From Flavobacteriales bacterium (lineage in GTDB: Bacteria; Bacteroidota; Bacteroidia; Flavobacteriales; Flavobacteriaceae), in the NCBI GenBank assembly GCA_011524915.1, contig WTJH01000039.1:1-56516 (forward strand): DNA of 56,516 nt, given 5' to 3'. Positions within the stretch are counted from its first letter, which is position 1. Every line of letters starts with the position of its first letter. This document shows positions 44,154 through 54,089 of the stretch, in pieces. The notes under the pieces were generated by a model. That model had not been told where the DNA came from. It worked only from the letters and a program-made list of their open reading frames with translations, and did not search any database. Position numbers and translations under genes: made by a program.

Positions 44154-44638
44154 CAGTCCGTGATCTTATAAGGTTCTACCGAAAAGCCGACCGAGAAGAT
44201 CCCGGGCAAGGTATCCAAGCCGTGTTGGCGTCCGTTTTGGCGGACCGCTTGGCGAATCTTAATCCGCAAGGGAACTCCAGCGGGCAATTCCTGATTTTCC
44301 AACCACCACAAACGGCTTTCTTTTAAATCGAAAAAACCTTTGCCCAACCATTCCCCTTGAGGATTGGCCATGGCATATTCTAGGGTGTCTTGGAGCGCCC
44401 ATCCGTCGGGGGTTTCCAGTTCGGTGATTAAAAATATATTCGAAAAGGGATAGTCGTTGCTGTTGCGCAGGTGGATAAACAGATTTCTGGGCTGGGCGTC
44501 GGGCAGTTGAAAATCGAATAGGGCAGCCTCCGCTTTGGGCCATCCGGCCGGATAGTCCATATATTGTCGGGTGTCGTATTGGGGTTGGCAGGCGAGCAAA
44601 AGGCCCATGCACAAAAGCATGTAAAGGCGTTTATCCAT
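44153..44638 (-). CDS. gldH: Gliding-motility lipoprotein GldH
   Basis: Lipobox LLLACQ. LRNSNDYPFSNIFLI and GEWLGKGFFDL blocks typical of GldH. About 160 aa from MDKRLYM. Position between ricT/PSP1 and PBP1A is the synteny I recall for flavobacterial gldH loci. Confidence 0.7.
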   Translation of the reverse strand: MDKRLYMLLCMGLLLACQPQYDTRQYMDYPAGWPKAEAALFDFQLPDAQPRNLFIHLRNSNDYPFSNIFLITELETPDGWALQDTLEYAMANPQGEWLGKGFFDLKESRLWWLENQELPAGVPLRIKIRQAVRQNGRQHGLDTLPGIFSVGFSVEPYKITD

Positions 44639-45809
44639 TTTGTTTCGACTGGGGTTTTCGGTTGCGGTTGCGGTTGCGGTTCCGGTTGTTGCGGTTGTTG
44701 CGTCGCTTTTTGGGGCGGTCAAAACGGGTGAGACTATCGGCCCCTTCCCCACTATCAAAGCTGATATTTTCGGACGTTTCGGACTCGTCCACACTGTATT
44801 CGTCAAGGGCAGCGACCGGTTTTTTGGCTTTGTTTAGCGCAATAATCTCATGGACCTGCTCCACTTCCAGCTTGTGCCAGGTCATGGGTTCTTCTTTATA
44901 GCTAAACCACATCAGCCCTTTAAAGATGTCGATCTTTTGACACATGGCCGATCCCTTTTCGGTATGGAGGCGGGTTTCCATCCGGGGAAATTCTTTCAGT
45001 GCTGCTCGGTAGCTGTCCAGCTCAAAGTTGAGGCAGCATTTTAATTTTCCGCATTGCCCGGCTAATTTTTGGGGGTTTAGGGAAAGCTGTTGGTAGCGCG
45101 CCGCAGCGGTAGAAACCGATCGGAAATCGGTCAGCCAAGTAGAACAACAGAGTTCCCGGCCGCAGGAACCAACACCTCCCAAACGGGAAGCCTCTTGGCG
45201 CAGACCAATTTGCCGCATTTCGATCCGAATGGAAAAGGCCTGAGCCATATCCTTGATCAGTTGGCGGAAATCGACCCGAGATTCGGCCGTATAATAAAAG
45301 GTTGCTTTTTTGCCATCGCCCTGAAATTCCACATCCGAAATTTTCATTTGTAGTTTAAGGGCCAATGCCAACTCACGGGCACGGACTTGAACGCTTTCTT
45401 CCCGTTCGCGAGCCGCTTTCCAGCGTTCGATATCTACGGCCGTAGCTTTTCGTAAAATTTTAGGAGCTTCCTCCCCTTCGGCTAGGGCCACCTTTTTCCG
45501 CTGCATCTGCAACTGCACCAGGTTGCCGGTGAGGGTAACCATCCCCACATCATGACCCATTTCGGCTGTGGTCACCACCACATCGCCCATGGACACTTGG
45601 ATGTCGTCTGTACAGAGGTAATATTGCTTGCGGCTGTTTTTAAAGCGAACCTCGACATAGGGAAATCGCGTTTCGCCTTGGGGCGGCTGCATATGCGCCA
45701 ACCAATCGTAAACGGTGAGTTTGTTACACCCGTTAAGGGCACAACTCCCATTGCTTTTACACCCCCGAGGGGCGCCATTTACAGATTTTCCACAAGATCC
45801 ACAACTCAT
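44631..45809 (-). CDS. ricT: PSP1-domain protein (RicT/YaaT-like) with an Arg/Asn-rich tail
   Basis: N-terminal Cys cluster CGSCG..GC..NGSCAL.GCNKL, a PSP1 core, and C-terminal RRNNRNNRNRNRNRNRK. Confidence 0.7.
   Translation of the reverse strand: MSCGSCGKSVNGAPRGCKSNGSCALNGCNKLTVYDWLAHMQPPQGETRFPYVEVRFKNSRKQYYLCTDDIQVSMGDVVVTTAEMGHDVGMVTLTGNLVQLQMQRKKVALAEGEEAPKILRKATAVDIERWKAAREREESVQVRARELALALKLQMKISDVEFQGDGKKATFYYTAESRVDFRQLIKDMAQAFSIRIEMRQIGLRQEASRLGGVGSCGRELCCSTWLTDFRSVSTAAARYQQLSLNPQKLAGQCGKLKCCLNFELDSYRAALKEFPRMETRLHTEKGSAMCQKIDIFKGLMWFSYKEEPMTWHKLEVEQVHEIIALNKAKKPVAALDEYSVDESETSENISFDSGEGADSLTRFDRPKKRRNNRNNRNRNRNRNRKPQSKQNG
44659..44702 (-). repeat. Tandem hexanucleotide repeat, (CGGTTG)n as read on the plus strand, encoding the NR-repeat tail
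   Basis: cggttg cggttg cggttg cggttc cggttg, then degenerate units. Confidence 0.85.
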
Positions 45810-45874
45810 TCCTATTCGATTGAAGTTTTAAAGATAGGGCAAAATGCAGGCGCACGCCACTTCTTAAGGGTTTT

Positions 45875-46906
45875 TTATGATTTGAATTTTAAGCGTTCCG
45901 AACGCCCTTTTTTAAAGATCTTATTGCTGTTATGAATCCCTTTGCGCAAAGCTTTTTGTTCCGCTTCCGGGAGGTTAATCACCTCTTGGCACGCTTCCGA
46001 ACAGCACGTTTGCATCTGGGCCTGGCAACTTTCGCATTGGATAAACAACAAATGACAGGCCTGATTGGCACAATTCACATGAGTATCTGCCGGTGCTCCG
46101 CATTGGTGGCAGCGGGCAATGACATCATCCGATATCCGTTCGGCTCGGCGTTCGTCGAACACAAAGTTTTTCCCGATAAACTGATTGTCCAAACCTTCGG
46201 CTTTCACCTGGCGGGTATATTCGATGATGCCCCCTTCCAATTGGAAGACGTTTTTAAAACCTTTATGCTTAAAATAGGCCGATGCCTTTTCGCATCGAAT
46301 CCCACCCGTACAATACATCAATACATTTTTGTCTTCTTTATACTCCGACAACTGCTCTTCGATGATGGGCAACGAATCCCGAAAGGTATCTACATCCGGT
46401 GTAATGGCGCCCTGAAAATGTCCGATCTCACTTTCGTAATGGTTACGCATATCCACGCAAATGGTGTTTTCGTCCAATAACAACTGATTGAAATCCCGCG
46501 CGTTGACATGGGTTCCTTTTTGTGTTACATCAAAGCTGGAATCGTCTAAGCCATCCGCCACAATTTTGGACCGGACCTTAATGGTCAGCTTTAAAAACGA
46601 AAATTGATCCTGTTCGACTGCAATGTTTAGGCGTACATCTTTTAAAAAAGTGATACTGTCCAGATGGGCTTTAAAAGCATTAAAATTGGGCGCAGGAACC
46701 GACAGTTGACCGTTGATCCCTTCCTCGGCCACATAGATCCGACCCAAAACCCCTAGGGGCTCCCAAGCCAAAAAACAATGATCCCGAAACAGTTGTGGAT
46801 TTCCCAAATGGGCGTACTGATAAAACGAAAGCGTTAGCCGTTCGGTCCCGGCGGTCGCCAAAAGTTCTTTCCGTTCTTCAGCACTTAATTTGTTATACAG
46901 TTGCAT
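45875..46906 (-). CDS. trhO: Rhodanese-domain tRNA U34 hydroxylase (TrhO/YceA, UPF0176)
   Basis: Rhodanese active-site loop YCTGGIRCEKA. C-terminal Cys-rich CHQCG...C..C tail. Confidence 0.8.
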   Translation of the reverse strand: MQLYNKLSAEERKELLATAGTERLTLSFYQYAHLGNPQLFRDHCFLAWEPLGVLGRIYVAEEGINGQLSVPAPNFNAFKAHLDSITFLKDVRLNIAVEQDQFSFLKLTIKVRSKIVADGLDDSSFDVTQKGTHVNARDFNQLLLDENTICVDMRNHYESEIGHFQGAITPDVDTFRDSLPIIEEQLSEYKEDKNVLMYCTGGIRCEKASAYFKHKGFKNVFQLEGGIIEYTRQVKAEGLDNQFIGKNFVFDERRAERISDDVIARCHQCGAPADTHVNCANQACHLLFIQCESCQAQMQTCCSEACQEVINLPEAEQKALRKGIHNSNKIFKKGRSERLKFKS

Positions 46907-47067
46907 GCTATAAACGTTTTAAGTGGATTACAAAGGTAGGGAATTCGGGGGGTTAGGGATCCGAAATTATAAAAATTCTGGCAATTGTGAATAACCCATT
47001 TTAGGGATCTCAAGGGGGCGCAAAAGATTTTTATACCTTCGTTAAAAATTGCTTAAACTGTTACACT

Positions 47068-48075
47068 ATGTCCGACGATAAAGCTGCAAAATTAAAAGCA
47101 CTACAACTCACTTTAGATAAACTCGACAAGACCTACGGGAAAGGATCTGTAATGAAATTGGGCGATGCCCAAGTAGAAGAAGTAGAAGTAATTCCTTCGG
47201 GATCTTTAGGCTTAGATATCGCTTTAGGGGTCAATGGATACCCCAAAGGAAGAATCATTGAAATATACGGTCCTGAATCTTCAGGGAAAACCACCCTCAC
47301 CCTACACGCCATTGCAGAATGCCAAAAACAAGGCGGAATTGCAGCATTTATCGATGCCGAGCATGCCTTTGACCGTTTCTATGCCGAAAAACTCGGGGTA
47401 GACCTCGGCGAGCTCATCATCTCCCAACCCGACCACGGAGAACAAGCACTCGAAATTGCCGATAACCTGATTCGTTCCGGAGCCGTAGACATCGTCGTAA
47501 TCGACTCCGTTGCCGCCCTTACGCCCAAAAGTGAAATTGAAGGAGAAATGGGAGATTCTAAAATGGGACTCCATGCCCGTCTGATGTCTCAAGCTTTGAG
47601 AAAACTGACCGGTTCCATCAGCAAAACCCAGTGTACCGTTTTCTTCATCAACCAATTACGAGAAAAAATTGGGGTTATGTTCGGAAATCCAGAAACCACC
47701 ACCGGAGGGAATGCTCTAAAATTCTACGCTTCGGTTCGGCTGGATATTCGTCGATCGACTCAAATCAAAGGTGGTGATGCCGAAGTACTCGGAAACAAAA
47801 CCCGCGTAAAAGTGGTCAAAAACAAGGTTGCTCCCCCCTTCCGAACCACAGAATTCGACATTCTCTATGGAGAAGGGATCTCAAAAATTGGTGAAATCAT
47901 CGACTTGGGAGTCAACTACGAAATCATCAAAAAGAGTGGTTCTTGGTTCAGCTATGGCGATACCAAACTCGGGCAAGGCCGAGATGCGGTAAAGACCCTG
48001 CTGTTAGACAATCCCGATCTTATGGAAGAATTGGAAACTAAAATTCTAGAAGCCCTCAAGGCTGTAGAAGCTTAG
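47068..48075 (+). CDS. recA: Recombinase RecA
   Basis: [15 protein letters not shown], Walker [49 protein letters not shown]. Confidence 0.97.
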   Translation: MSDDKAAKLKALQLTLDKLDKTYGKGSVMKLGDAQVEEVEVIPSGSLGLDIALGVNGYPKGRIIEIYGPESSGKTTLTLHAIAECQKQGGIAAFIDAEHAFDRFYAEKLGVDLGELIISQPDHGEQALEIADNLIRSGAVDIVVIDSVAALTPKSEIEGEMGDSKMGLHARLMSQALRKLTGSISKTQCTVFFINQLREKIGVMFGNPETTTGGNALKFYASVRLDIRRSTQIKGGDAEVLGNKTRVKVVKNKVAPPFRTTEFDILYGEGISKIGEIIDLGVNYEIIKKSGSWFSYGDTKLGQGRDAVKTLLLDNPDLMEELETKILEALKAVEA

Positions 48076-48872
48076 GCCACCTTAGCGGCTCCTTTGTAGT
48101 CCATCCATTTCTGTACCGCTTTTTCTCCCATCTTTTTGGGGTCTTCTAAAAGCTTTTGCTCAATAAAGGCATGGGCTTGTTTTTGCAATTGGGGAATATC
48201 TGCTTCCGTAAGCCCAGCAGTAGGGATGGATGGAAAACTATAGGCGCGCAACTCGCCCGGATAGCCATAAGAGGTATACCACGGGAATTTGCGTTTACAA
48301 TCATAAAACACCATAGGAACAATAGGCAATTGATGGTCTACCGCCAACTTAAACGCGCCCCGCTTAAAATCGTTTAACAACACTTGCTCGTCCTCATAGT
48401 GGCGTTCCGGAAAAATAACCACCCCATAGCCCTCTTGTAAGGCACGGTTGGCAAAGCCATAAACCGCTTTACGGCTTTTGGGATCGCTCCGGTCCACCAT
48501 AATCACAGCTCTTTTATACAAGTATCCAAAAATCGGAATTTTAACCAATTCCATTTTTCCTACAAAAACACTGGGGCGTTTCCAAAGGCGGAGCATCACA
48601 AAAGGATCGATATAGCTGGCGTGATTGGCGATGTATAAATGACTTTGAGGTCCCAAAGGCGGATGGTAGAATTTTTTCCGAACATAAAAGCCCATTCCAA
48701 ACAAAATGATGGGCGCCCAAATGTTTCGAGCGGTCCAATACACAAATTTATAGCCGTTGGGAAACAAAAGGGCCACCGCTAAAAACGGGAACAGAATTAC
48801 CACAGGTACGCCCGCCAAGGTATAGAACCAAATGCGCCAAAGAACCAACAAAAACTTTCGAATCAAACTCAT
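48072..48872 (-). CDS. plsC: 1-acyl-sn-glycerol-3-phosphate acyltransferase family protein
   Basis: HxxxxD motif [15 protein letters not shown] (acyltransferase EGT-type block position). N-terminal TM segments. Confidence 0.7.
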   Translation of the reverse strand: MSLIRKFLLVLWRIWFYTLAGVPVVILFPFLAVALLFPNGYKFVYWTARNIWAPIILFGMGFYVRKKFYHPPLGPQSHLYIANHASYIDPFVMLRLWKRPSVFVGKMELVKIPIFGYLYKRAVIMVDRSDPKSRKAVYGFANRALQEGYGVVIFPERHYEDEQVLLNDFKRGAFKLAVDHQLPIVPMVFYDCKRKFPWYTSYGYPGELRAYSFPSIPTAGLTEADIPQLQKQAHAFIEQKLLEDPKKMGEKAVQKWMDYKGAAKVA

Positions 48873-48972
48873 GGGATGAAATTAAGACTTCCCCTGAGTT
48901 CTGGCAAAAGGATCCGAAGGAATCTTAAGCCCGAGAAAAAAAGTATCTTTAACCCCAAATTTACAAACGCCC

Positions 48973-49941
48973 ATGGCTCGTATCTTAACCGGAGTGCAAT
49001 CCACCGGAACCCCACATTTGGGAAATCTTCTCGGCGCTGTTTTGCCCGCCATAGAAATGTCTCAAGACATTGAAAACGATTCCTTTCTGTTTATCGCAGA
49101 CCTCCACTCCCTCACACAAATCAAAGACGGAGAACAACTCCGAAAAAACACCTTTGCAACGGCTGCCGCTTGGTTGGCCTGTGGTTTAAACCCAGATACA
49201 ACCGTTTTTTACCGCCAAAGCGATGTGAGCGAAGTAACGGAATTGGCCTGGTATCTGAACTGTTTTTTCCCGTACCAACGCCTTACTCTGGCACACTCCT
49301 TTAAAGACAAAGCCGAAAGTCTGAGCGATGTCAATGCAGGGTTGTTTTCGTATCCCATGCTTATGGCTGCCGATATTTTGCTCTACGATGCCAATATTGT
49401 TCCCGTAGGAAAAGACCAACTCCAACACTTGGAAATGACCCGAGATGTCGCCTCTCGCTTCAACCATCAGATGGGGGATAGCTTTGTGATTCCCGAAGCT
49501 AAAATCCAGGAAAACACCCAATACATTCCCGGAACCGACGGTCAGAAAATGAGTAAATCCAAAAACAATACCATCAATATCTTTTTGGAAGAAAAGAAAC
49601 TGCGGAAGCAGATCATGAAAATCCAAACGGATAGCACTCCCCTAGAGGACCCTAAAAACCCGGATCAGTGCCATGTTTTTGCCTTGTATCAGTTGCTGGC
49701 ATCAGCCGAGGAAGTGGCCGATCTGCGAGCCCAATACCTGCAAGGAGGAATGGGCTATGGCACCGCCAAACAAGCTCTGTTTGAGGTGGTCTTAAAACGC
49801 TTTGAAAGTGAAAGAGAGCGGTTTAACTACTATCAAGAACATCCGGACGAAGTCCAGATTGCGCTGCTTAAAGGGGCTCAAAAAGCCAAAGAGGTAGCTG
49901 CGGAAACCCTGCTGCGGGTACGTCAAAAAATCGGCTACTAA
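48973..49941 (+). CDS. trpS: Tryptophan--tRNA ligase
   Basis: TGVQSTGTPHLGN (HIGH-type), GKDQLQHLEMTRD, KMSKS. Confidence 0.95.
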   Translation: MARILTGVQSTGTPHLGNLLGAVLPAIEMSQDIENDSFLFIADLHSLTQIKDGEQLRKNTFATAAAWLACGLNPDTTVFYRQSDVSEVTELAWYLNCFFPYQRLTLAHSFKDKAESLSDVNAGLFSYPMLMAADILLYDANIVPVGKDQLQHLEMTRDVASRFNHQMGDSFVIPEAKIQENTQYIPGTDGQKMSKSKNNTINIFLEEKKLRKQIMKIQTDSTPLEDPKNPDQCHVFALYQLLASAEEVADLRAQYLQGGMGYGTAKQALFEVVLKRFESERERFNYYQEHPDEVQIALLKGAQKAKEVAAETLLRVRQKIGY

Positions 49942-51038
49942 AGAGCTTCAAAAAACTTGCCGGGCAAGGCCCGAATACAGGATTTCATTTCCAATTCGAA
50001 TAAAACCGCCGATAGCTGCCGAATCTCCATTCGCAGATGAAAGGCCAAAGCATCCAGATGCATTTTGCCTTGGGCTTCCAAGGTTTCCCAGATTTGAATT
50101 TCCCGAGCGTTGAGGTCCAACGGAAGGCGCTTTTGAGTGCCTCCCTGAGAAGACTTCTCCTCCCATCCCAACTGAGCGATAAAAATGTCCAAATCAGAAA
50201 TCAGTTGGGCTTTATTGGCCTGCACCAAATGCAAGCAGCCCCGACTTTTCCGATCGCCTATACGACCCGGAAAAACCCATAGATCACGGTCATACTCCCA
50301 AGCGTATTGAGCTGTATTCATACTGCCGCCCCGCAAGTCCGATTCCACTACCACAGTCAGGTCCGATAAGCCCGCAATAATTCTGTTTCGCTGCAAAAAG
50401 TTATACCGATCAAAAAGGGCCTGCGAACTAAAATCCGAAACCAAACAGCCCTGTTCAAGGGTTTCGGGAACAAAGGACTGATGTGTTTTGGGATAGGTTC
50501 GGTCGAGTCCATGCGCCAAACAAGCCACAACCGAAAGCTGGTGGTCCAAGGCCAAGCGATGCGCCCATATATCAATCCCATAAGCAAAGCCCGAAACTAT
50601 AGTGGGGCTGTAAGGAGCCAGATGTTCCAGCAAGGCTTGTGTACAGGCCCGACCATAATTGGTGGGCGTACGGGTACCCACAATACTTACCACTTTGGGA
50701 TTGGCAAACGGGCTTGTACCCTTGCAAAACAAAACCACAGGAGCATCGGGGCAGTGCAACAGCCGCATGGGATATTCTTCGTGGATGGGAAGAATGGCCC
50801 GAATCCCTTCGTTTTCCATAAATTTTTGTTCTGCTCGAACCCGAGGAAGATAGGCCTCCCATTGCTGCAAGGCAGAAACCTGCTTCAGGCCCATTCCATC
50901 AACGCTTAACAGGGCTTTGGTCTCCGCACTAAAGATCTTTTCGGGAGCTTTAAAATGCCTGATGAGCCGTTGGGCTCGAATAACTCCAATTTTTGGGAGG
51001 AAGTGTAACAATAAACAGGCCGTTTCTGACGTTATCAT
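49938..51038 (-). CDS. dprA: DNA-processing protein DprA (Smf)
   Basis: VSIVGTRTPTNYG, SGFAYGID, Rossmann-like DprA core, and a C-terminal winged-helix-like segment. Confidence 0.85.
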   Translation of the reverse strand: MITSETACLLLHFLPKIGVIRAQRLIRHFKAPEKIFSAETKALLSVDGMGLKQVSALQQWEAYLPRVRAEQKFMENEGIRAILPIHEEYPMRLLHCPDAPVVLFCKGTSPFANPKVVSIVGTRTPTNYGRACTQALLEHLAPYSPTIVSGFAYGIDIWAHRLALDHQLSVVACLAHGLDRTYPKTHQSFVPETLEQGCLVSDFSSQALFDRYNFLQRNRIIAGLSDLTVVVESDLRGGSMNTAQYAWEYDRDLWVFPGRIGDRKSRGCLHLVQANKAQLISDLDIFIAQLGWEEKSSQGGTQKRLPLDLNAREIQIWETLEAQGKMHLDALAFHLRMEIRQLSAVLFELEMKSCIRALPGKFFEAL

Positions 51039-51117
51039 AGGCAGGACTTTTGGGGAGTTTTGAAGGTACGCCTTTTGCCTTAAAAAAGCCAGCCGTAATT
51101 TTTACGTACATTTGAGT

Positions 51118-52092
51118 ATGCCGATAACAGAACTTCTTCGAGAACTACTATACCGTTACGAATGCGTAACCCTACCGCATTTTGGGGCTTTTTTGACCCA
51201 TTCGGTAGGCAGTGCTATCGATGGAGACCGCTTTATCCCTCCGCGAAGAGAAGTCAGTTTTAATGCACTCTTAACGACCAATGATGGAATCCTAGCCACG
51301 CATTTGGCAGCCGCACAGCAGTGCAGCTACGAAGCCGCCCTACGCAGCATTGAAAAGGAGATCAGTACCTGGCGCAAACGCCTACAGACCCAAGTCATCT
51401 CCATCGATGGCGTGGGAGAACTCCGCCTCAATGCCGAAAAACGAATTCAATTTCAGGCCCATGCAGATCTGAATTTTGACCCGGCCGCTTTTGGTCTTAA
51501 AACTTTCCATCGTTCCCCCATCCGCACAAGAATTGTTGAACAACCCAAAATAATACCGATCATGTCTGATAACGAAAACAACGATTTGATGTTTACGCCT
51601 CAACAAGAGGAAGAAAGCACAAAAACACCCGTTTGGCGCTATGCCCTCATCGGGATTTTAACCGTAGGAATCCTCGGAGCAGGATATTATTTCAGCGACC
51701 AATATGTGACCGATCAAAAGGTGAAAAACATGGAATTGGCCCAAAAGAAAATCGAGCAAAATGTACAGCAAGCCTCCTTTAATCTGGGAAGTCTAGCCGC
51801 CGTTGAACTCAACTTTGATGCCAATCCAAGCGCAGCCGCTGAAGAAGCCTCCGGAAGTATCGAACCCAAGTTTAGCATCATTGCTGGGAGCTATCGCGAC
51901 TACGCCAATGCCGAACGCAAATTATCCGAACTTAAAAATGAAGGCTTTGAAGCAGCCTTTACGGAAATCAATCCGGAAGGGATGCACCGCGTAGCCTATG
52001 GGCGATACGAAAACAAGCGGGAAGCCATCAATATGCTTTACTATATCCGCTTTACGCTGGAAGAAGAGGCTTGGTATTTAGAAGAAAACTAG
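51118..52092 (+). CDS. HU-like N-domain / SPOR-domain peptidoglycan-binding protein
   Basis: N-terminal VTLPHFGAF (HU-CCDC81-like), a central TM segment, and a C-terminal SPOR block FSIIAGSYRDYANAERKLSELKNEGFEA...VAYGRY. ATG at 51118 preferred over the TTG at 51112. Confidence 0.7.
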   Translation: MPITELLRELLYRYECVTLPHFGAFLTHSVGSAIDGDRFIPPRREVSFNALLTTNDGILATHLAAAQQCSYEAALRSIEKEISTWRKRLQTQVISIDGVGELRLNAEKRIQFQAHADLNFDPAAFGLKTFHRSPIRTRIVEQPKIIPIMSDNENNDLMFTPQQEEESTKTPVWRYALIGILTVGILGAGYYFSDQYVTDQKVKNMELAQKKIEQNVQQASFNLGSLAAVELNFDANPSAAAEEASGSIEPKFSIIAGSYRDYANAERKLSELKNEGFEAAFTEINPEGMHRVAYGRYENKREAINMLYYIRFTLEEEAWYLEEN

Positions 52093-52095
52093 ATC

Positions 52096-53319
52096 CTAAA
52101 GTCTGTAGATCCAGGTCTTTGGGTTCTGAGGTTTGAGTTCCCGAAACACACTAAACTGTAAGGTTGTTTTTCCGGTTTGTGGGTTGGAAAAGATCCGCCC
52201 TAAAGCTTGTTTGGCCGCTACCTGATCCCCTTTTTTGACATATACCTCTGCTAAGTTTTTATAGGCCGTAATATAGTTTCCATGTCGGACCAAAACGGTT
52301 GGGTTGCTGCCTTTAAAGCTTAAAATAGACATGACCTCCCCTTTGAATATACTCCGAGCCTGACTGTTTTTAGGACAGGCAATGGTGACCCCATTACTTT
52401 TGATCATAGTTGTTTTAACCACCGGATGGGGTTGAGTACCAAAACCTTGAATCACAACTCCTTTGTCCACGGGCCAGGGCAATCGGCCTTTATTGGATAC
52501 AAAATTAGCCGCAAGTGCTTGGGCTTCGGGCGTTAGTGCAAAGGCGTTTCCTCCTTTTTTTCCGGCGTTCCGGTTGGAGGCCGCTATGGCTTCTTGAATT
52601 AATTTTTGAATGGCTTTGTTTAAGGCGTCTGCCTGCTTTTGTTTGGCCCGAATTTGCTTGGTATACACCTGTGCCTTCCGCTTTAAACTCAACTGTAAAG
52701 CGTCTTTTTGTTGGCGTTCTTTTTCCAGAGCCGCTTTCACTTCATTGTTTTGGCTTAAAAGGCTTTCCTTGCTTTGGCGTTGCTGCCTAAGTTCGGAATT
52801 TAGGCTTTGTAGAAGTTGGGTCTTTTCTTCAATTTTTAAGCCTTGCTGCTTCCGATAATTGGCATATTGCTTTAGGTATTGAATGCGTTTATAGGCCTGA
52901 AGAAAATTCTCGGATGAAAAAATAAAAAGAAGTTTGTTCTGCTGCGCCCGGGCCGCATAACTTTTACGGATGATTTGTTCGTAATCGTTTCGCAGTTGTT
53001 GCAATTCTTCACGAGTACGTTCGATATCGCGCTCGTTGTTGACTATCCGCTTACTCAACCAATTAATTTCTTGATGAGTGACCCGAATGAGACGTTGGCG
53101 CACTTGAATGCGAACTTGTAGATCTTCGGCCTGACCCAAGGTGCTCTTTTGCTCTTTTTTGGTCTGAAAAAGTAAACTGTTGATCTGTTTAATTTCCTGT
53201 TGCAAGCGTTTGCGCTGTGCTTCCAGTTCCTGTTGCTTTTGCCCCATAGCCAAGCTTGCGCACATCAACAACAGTACGCTAAAAACAACTCGCCATTTCA
53301 GTGGTGGGATCTGCTTCAT
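52096..53319 (-). CDS. Coiled-coil M23-family peptidase / EnvC-like murein hydrolase activator
   Basis: Long Q/K/E-rich coiled coil, then a C-terminal LytM-type domain (GVTIACP..., VLVRHGNYITAYKNL). Confidence 0.75.
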   Translation of the reverse strand: MKQIPPLKWRVVFSVLLLMCASLAMGQKQQELEAQRKRLQQEIKQINSLLFQTKKEQKSTLGQAEDLQVRIQVRQRLIRVTHQEINWLSKRIVNNERDIERTREELQQLRNDYEQIIRKSYAARAQQNKLLFIFSSENFLQAYKRIQYLKQYANYRKQQGLKIEEKTQLLQSLNSELRQQRQSKESLLSQNNEVKAALEKERQQKDALQLSLKRKAQVYTKQIRAKQKQADALNKAIQKLIQEAIAASNRNAGKKGGNAFALTPEAQALAANFVSNKGRLPWPVDKGVVIQGFGTQPHPVVKTTMIKSNGVTIACPKNSQARSIFKGEVMSILSFKGSNPTVLVRHGNYITAYKNLAEVYVKKGDQVAAKQALGRIFSNPQTGKTTLQFSVFRELKPQNPKTWIYRL

Positions 53320-54089
53320 GGCGTTTGAATCGCCTTATACCCTTCAGGTATTTGGAAGGGGAAGGTGAGTTTTTTAGGAAAGTCCACTCGTGTGTACTCT
53401 AAGTCTAGGGTCTGGAACTGCTTTCCGTCGAAAAAGGACAGCTGGATCAGAGAAGGCAGTGGAGTGTCTTCTATCTTTTGTCGGGCAGGATAGCGCATGG
53501 TCAGGGTTGCTCCTCCGGGAAAAACCACCCGCTGTTCGCGAAGCATAAAAGTGGTGGGGTCAAAAAAGAAACTGGGAGTAAACTGAGCTCCTTTAAGCAC
53601 CGGACTTAATACATAAAAGTCGGGATGGTTGATGCGTTTCCAACGGCCTTGTTTTAGGTTTAAAACAGGTGCCCCTAAAAAGAGGCGTTCCAATTCGTCA
53701 AACCCAAAATTGGTCTGAAAAATGGCATTTAATCCCTCAAAATCTCCTGAAAAAGACGTCTTTTGAAATTTTTCATAAAACTGAATTTGCTCGGGAGTAA
53801 TCAAAGCTTTGGCAATGGGAATGAGCATACTTGCCGAAAGCCATAATTTGGCTTCATGCTCCAAGCGCATTTGTAAAACCACGGTTTGCTTGCGCTTGCC
53901 GTCGTTATAGACCGCTTTGATCCGAGCACGCATATTTTTGACCTTAGGCTGGCGTGTATCGATGGTGCGAACCAATTCTTTGGTCGCCAAATTTTTCAGC
54001 GGAGCCCTGCTCGGAAGTACCGGAACCGCCTTACAGCCTTGCACCAGCAAAACCCATACCAATAGTCCAAAAATGCTGTACTTTTTCAT
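53316..54089 (-). CDS. LolB-like lipoprotein (DUF4292-type)
   Basis: Lipobox LLVQGC. About 257 aa. Conserved position upstream of the M23 peptidase in flavobacterial genomes. ATGA overlap with the next gene. Confidence 0.5.
   Translation of the reverse strand: MKKYSIFGLLVWVLLVQGCKAVPVLPSRAPLKNLATKELVRTIDTRQPKVKNMRARIKAVYNDGKRKQTVVLQMRLEHEAKLWLSASMLIPIAKALITPEQIQFYEKFQKTSFSGDFEGLNAIFQTNFGFDELERLFLGAPVLNLKQGRWKRINHPDFYVLSPVLKGAQFTPSFFFDPTTFMLREQRVVFPGGATLTMRYPARQKIEDTPLPSLIQLSFFDGKQFQTLDLEYTRVDFPKKLTFPFQIPEGYKAIQTP

Noticed and set aside
44659-44702. Possible CRISPR or other spaced repeat array
   Set aside because: It is a contiguous 6-nt microsatellite inside a coding region, with no spacers. 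I saw no spaced repeat arrays or cas-like genes anywhere in the window.
44639-44806. N-terminal extension of the gldH ORF (217-aa version)
   Set aside because: It overlaps the PSP1 gene and is a translation of the hexanucleotide repeat in another frame (TATTGTATATAT). The lipoprotein signal starts at MDKRLYM (44638).
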